From NCBI GenBank assembly GCA_018692915.1, contig JABHLG010000006.1, forward strand, positions 5,627 to 69,626: a stretch of 64,000 bases of DNA. Direction: 5' to 3'. The stretch is from Candidatus Woesearchaeota archaeon. GTDB lineage: Archaea; Nanobdellota; Nanobdellia; UBA10117; JABICX01. The position numbers were made by a program, and so were the translations under genes. Position 1 is the first letter of the stretch, and every line of letters begins with the position of its first letter. Shown in pieces: positions 60,777 through 64,000 of this stretch. The notes beneath the pieces are model-generated. The model was given only the letters and a program-made list of their open reading frames with translations. It was not told where the DNA came from and did no database searches.

Positions 60777-62531
60777 ATGGCTGACTCGTCAAAGCAGACT
60801 GTAGATCCTTGGTCATCTGAGTTACCTGAGGATTATGATAAGAGGATTAAAGATTTTGGATTAACGCGTTTTGATAAAGATGGTAAAGATGATGATTTAA
60901 TAACTAAAATTAAAGATCCAGATTATACTATGCGCAGAGGTATTATGGTTGCACATAGAGATTTTGATACTATTGTTGATGTAATAAATAAAGGCGAACC
61001 TTTTATTATGATGACAGGTTTAATGCCAAGTGGTAAATTACATTTAGGTCATAAGTTAGTTGTTGATCAAATTAGATGGTATCAAGACCATGGTGCGAAA
61101 GTTGTTATTGCAATATCTGATACAGAAGCATGGGTAGCAAGAGGTATTTCCACAGAAGAATCTAGAAAAATTGCAACTGAAGAATATATTACAAATTATC
61201 TTGCACTTGGTTTAGATCCAGATAAAGTTGATGTTTATAGTCAGTGGCAGAGAGAAGATTTAATTAATTTAGCAATTGCATTCTCAGGTAAAAAAACTCT
61301 TGGAGAGATGAATAGTATTTATGGTTTTGTAAAATTAGATGAAGATAAAGATATTGAACAATTAATTAGAGAATCTATTGTTGCTTTAGATAAAGAGAGA
61401 AAAGAAAATCCCGATGCTGAGCTAAAAGATCCATTAAGTCATTATAATTGGAGCGTTCCTGCAGGAAAAGTTTTCTTTCCATTTATTCAAGTTTCAGATA
61501 TACTTCATCCACAACTGCCGCAATATGGTGGTCCAAGACCTACTATTGTTCCTGTTGGTCTTGATCAAGATCCACATCTGAGATTAACTCGTGCAATTGC
61601 AGAAGCATGGCGCCAATACAAAGTTGATTTTACACCAGAGCATGGAGAAGTTATGATTTATACTAAAGGTAAAGGAAAGGCGCTTAAAGATAAATTATCA
61701 ACTATTGAAGCTGAATTAATTGACTTGGGATATGAAAAATTTGACTTTGATTCAGAAGGTAATGAATATGAAGCAATTAGAAGAGTTCCAAATTCAGGTG
61801 CATTATTAGTTTCTTCTGCAGGACCATATGATATTGTAGATATTCAGAGTAATTTAGAAGGTGTAGTTGAAGATGTTTATGTTACAGATAATAGATTAGG
61901 AATATTTGTTGAACAAAATGAAAAAAGTCAAAGTTTACTAAGCAAAGCAGATAATATAATAAGAAACATGGGATATACTCAAGTGGAAGTTCTTCCTAAA
62001 TATGGTGCAATATTTATTTATGATAGAGAAAATGTAGATGAAAGAGCTATTGATAAAGAATTACTTCATTTAGAAGAAGAACTTGGAATGCCGGTGTTCT
62101 ATAAACCAGCAGCAACATATAATCAATTTGCTAGAGGTCTTACAGGTGGTAAAATGTCTAGTAGTGAACCTAATTCAGCTATTTTCCTTACAGATGAACC
62201 ATCTGATGTTGAAAAGAAAATTAAAGGTGCTGCAACAGGAGGAAAACAAAGCGCTGAAGAACAAAAAACATATGGTGGAGAACCAGATAATTGTATGATA
62301 TTTGAATTACAAAAGTTTAATCATCCAGATGATGAGTTTGTTGAGACTACATATAAAAAATGTATGTCTGGAGATAGACTTTGTGGAGAATGTAAACAAC
62401 TTACTGCAGATTATTTTAGTAGCTGGATGAAAGATTTCCAAGCTAAACGACAAGAACTTATTGAATCAGGTGCTGTTGATAAATTTGTTAAAGATCAAAA
62501 GATCTTCCGCACTGAAAACATTTTATGCTAA
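60777..62531 (+). CDS. trpS: Tryptophanyl-tRNA synthetase (archaeal/eukaryotic type) with a large internal insertion
   Basis: PSGKLHLGH (HIGH), DQDPHLRLTR and GGKMSSSEP (KMSKS). The start at 60777 is supported by tccTTAAAAcc about 27 nt upstream. Confidence 0.85.
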   Translation: MADSSKQTVDPWSSELPEDYDKRIKDFGLTRFDKDGKDDDLITKIKDPDYTMRRGIMVAHRDFDTIVDVINKGEPFIMMTGLMPSGKLHLGHKLVVDQIRWYQDHGAKVVIAISDTEAWVARGISTEESRKIATEEYITNYLALGLDPDKVDVYSQWQREDLINLAIAFSGKKTLGEMNSIYGFVKLDEDKDIEQLIRESIVALDKERKENPDAELKDPLSHYNWSVPAGKVFFPFIQVSDILHPQLPQYGGPRPTIVPVGLDQDPHLRLTRAIAEAWRQYKVDFTPEHGEVMIYTKGKGKALKDKLSTIEAELIDLGYEKFDFDSEGNEYEAIRRVPNSGALLVSSAGPYDIVDIQSNLEGVVEDVYVTDNRLGIFVEQNEKSQSLLSKADNIIRNMGYTQVEVLPKYGAIFIYDRENVDERAIDKELLHLEEELGMPVFYKPAATYNQFARGLTGGKMSSSEPNSAIFLTDEPSDVEKKIKGAATGGKQSAEEQKTYGGEPDNCMIFELQKFNHPDDEFVETTYKKCMSGDRLCGECKQLTADYFSSWMKDFQAKRQELIESGAVDKFVKDQKIFRTENILC

Positions 62532-62541
62532 GGTGATAATA

Positions 62542-64000
62542 ATGACAGAAACAAGAACAGATAAATTAGTAAGAGATTTCCCAAGAATAAGATATGCAAA
62601 AGTTCCTGAAAGAGGTATATCTAAACCAAAAATTGTTTTAGATAATGTTATAAGAAAGATAGAATTAGCTGCTGAAGAACTTTTAGATAGTAATGCTCTA
62701 AACCCTCATTATGATCCTTTAATTGGACAGATGGTGTCTGCACTTAGAAGAACTCCAGCAGATTATTATAATTCTGGTGAAGAAATGGCTAAGCCAGGAA
62801 CAGTAAATGATCAATATGCGTTACTTGGTTTTGTTTATGCTGCAGCTACATATAATCCAAATCTTGTTGATAGTCAAATGTTTGTAGGTCCATGGGAAAT
62901 GGCTCAAGAAGCTAAAACTATGACTGCAGATCTTTTAGGATTACATATTGAAACCGTTAAGGATTTGAAAAGTGAATGGGTTAATCATGAAAAACCACCT
63001 TATGTTGGTGGGTGGTTCTTAAATGGTGGAACTGAATCAATTATTCAAGCTACATGGGCATTTAGAAATAAATATTTTGCAGATCTAGTTGATGATAAAA
63101 TAGCACCTGGTGATTTTTCAGTTAGAAAAAACGGCGCATTTGATATAGGTAATTTACCTCGACCTGTAATTTTAGCACCAATTAATGCACATCTTGCTTT
63201 AGAAAAAGCTGCAGATATGACGGGTTTCGGTAGAGGAGATATGGGAGTTACAAAATATTATTTAACACCCGAAGGTAGACCTGATATGAATTCATTTAGA
63301 ACAGAACTTAATAATATACTTAATCCAGAAAATAAAATTGGTCTTTCTTACGTGTTTGTTACAGCAGGAGATACAGAAAGAGGTATTATATCAAATACAC
63401 AAGAGATTGGAAATATATTAAGACAAGAATGTGGTAAGATAGGAATTGATCCTCCACCAATATTAGTAGATTCTGCTGCACAGTATTTATTTGCTGAAGT
63501 TATGCGAGATAGCCCTAATTATACAGATTTAGAAGGTAATTTGAAAAAGTTGCCTATATGGGATTTTAGAGTTCCAGAAGTTAGTGCAATTGTTGTTGAT
63601 CCACACAAAAATCAGATTCCATATCCAGCTTCTCTGTTAATATATCGAAATCCTCAAATGATGAAGCTTACTGATATAAAACATAATTATCTTAGCACAG
63701 ATATGCATAGAAGTGACAGTCGTTTAACTGATGAAGAAAAAGAGAATTTACAGGTTATCGGTTCAATACCAACTTCAAGAGGTGGTTATAGTGCTGTTGC
63801 AACTTGGATGTATTATTTATCACATGGTTTGGAAGGAATACGGGCTAAAAAAGAAAAAGTATGGAATAATGTAAAGAAGGTTTGGTCTGCATTGGAACAA
63901 GGTGATTTAAATAAGAAATATGAATTAATGTCTATCCCTGAAACAGCAATAATTACATTAAGATTAAATCCTGAATGGGTTGCATCAAATCATGAATCTT
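62542..64000 (+). CDS. PLP-dependent (group II) decarboxylase-like enzyme; 3' end lies outside the window
   Basis: Not in the ORF track (no stop in the window). ATG at 62542 is preceded by GGTGAT. NGGTESIIQA, TAGDTERG and VVDPHKNQIPYPASL (PLP-lysine HK motif). Confidence 0.65.
   Translation, partial: MTETRTDKLVRDFPRIRYAKVPERGISKPKIVLDNVIRKIELAAEELLDSNALNPHYDPLIGQMVSALRRTPADYYNSGEEMAKPGTVNDQYALLGFVYAAATYNPNLVDSQMFVGPWEMAQEAKTMTADLLGLHIETVKDLKSEWVNHEKPPYVGGWFLNGGTESIIQATWAFRNKYFADLVDDKIAPGDFSVRKNGAFDIGNLPRPVILAPINAHLALEKAADMTGFGRGDMGVTKYYLTPEGRPDMNSFRTELNNILNPENKIGLSYVFVTAGDTERGIISNTQEIGNILRQECGKIGIDPPPILVDSAAQYLFAEVMRDSPNYTDLEGNLKKLPIWDFRVPEVSAIVVDPHKNQIPYPASLLIYRNPQMMKLTDIKHNYLSTDMHRSDSRLTDEEKENLQVIGSIPTSRGGYSAVATWMYYLSHGLEGIRAKKEKVWNNVKKVWSALEQGDLNKKYELMSIPETAIITLRLNPEWVASNHES

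Noticed and set aside
61611-62102. An intein in TrpRS.
   Set aside because: There is no Cys/Ser/Thr nucleophile pattern at the junctions, no terminal His-Asn and no homing-endonuclease motifs. The region looks like a duplicated small alpha/beta module instead.
1-64000. CRISPR arrays or cas genes.
   Set aside because: No regularly spaced direct repeats of 25-40 bp were seen. The only Cas4-like sequence is the DUF2779 protein, which has no array or cas neighbours.

Overview
AT-rich, very gene-dense archaeal chromosome segment. The lineage is inferred to be a small-genome, DPANN-like archaeon, based on a fused PriS-PriL primase, reduced metabolism, lysine/glutamate-rich tails on ribosomal proteins and many orphan surface proteins. 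The backbone is an informational-gene core: stalk operon L1-P0-P1; Sua5-Kae1-deoxyhypusine synthase; S27ae-S24e-Spt4-Rpo7; DUF655-Rpo4-L21e; SRP54; FtsY; prefoldin alpha-LX-aIF6-L31e-L39e-S19e; AsnRS; Hjc; Pelota; aIF2alpha-S27e-L44e-GINS-primase; PolX; TrpRS. Many genes have a CTTAAAAACC-like TATA element about 20-30 nt upstream of the start codon, so transcripts look leaderless or short-leadered. I found no rRNA, tRNA or CRISPR array by eye.

Features standing out from this backbone:

1. A family of short hairpin-rich elements (about 55-120 bp, at least 4 clear copies). They sit exactly against the start or stop codon of a gene. Each is followed by a second copy of that gene terminus (13 or 18 codons) that differs mainly at synonymous sites. 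The Hjc 3' end shows a related duplication.
2. The srp54-ftsY interval holds an in-frame SRP54::FtsY chimeric fragment and two unrelated cassettes stacked between duplicated gene ends.
3. An accessory island of about 8.6 kb (26.7-35.4 kb) carries a Type IIG restriction-modification enzyme, a DUF2779/Cas4-like nuclease, a PIN protein, wHTH and RHH proteins, an IS5-like transposase and a metallophosphoesterase.
4. A four-gene cluster encodes orphan membrane, lipoprotein and adhesin-like proteins.
5. A 430-bp ORF-free, stem-rich interval is probably a structured RNA.
6. TrpRS carries an insertion of about 165 aa.

All homology calls rest on motif recognition by eye. No searches were run. The duplicated-terminus structures must be checked against raw reads, because a strain-chimeric assembly is an alternative explanation.
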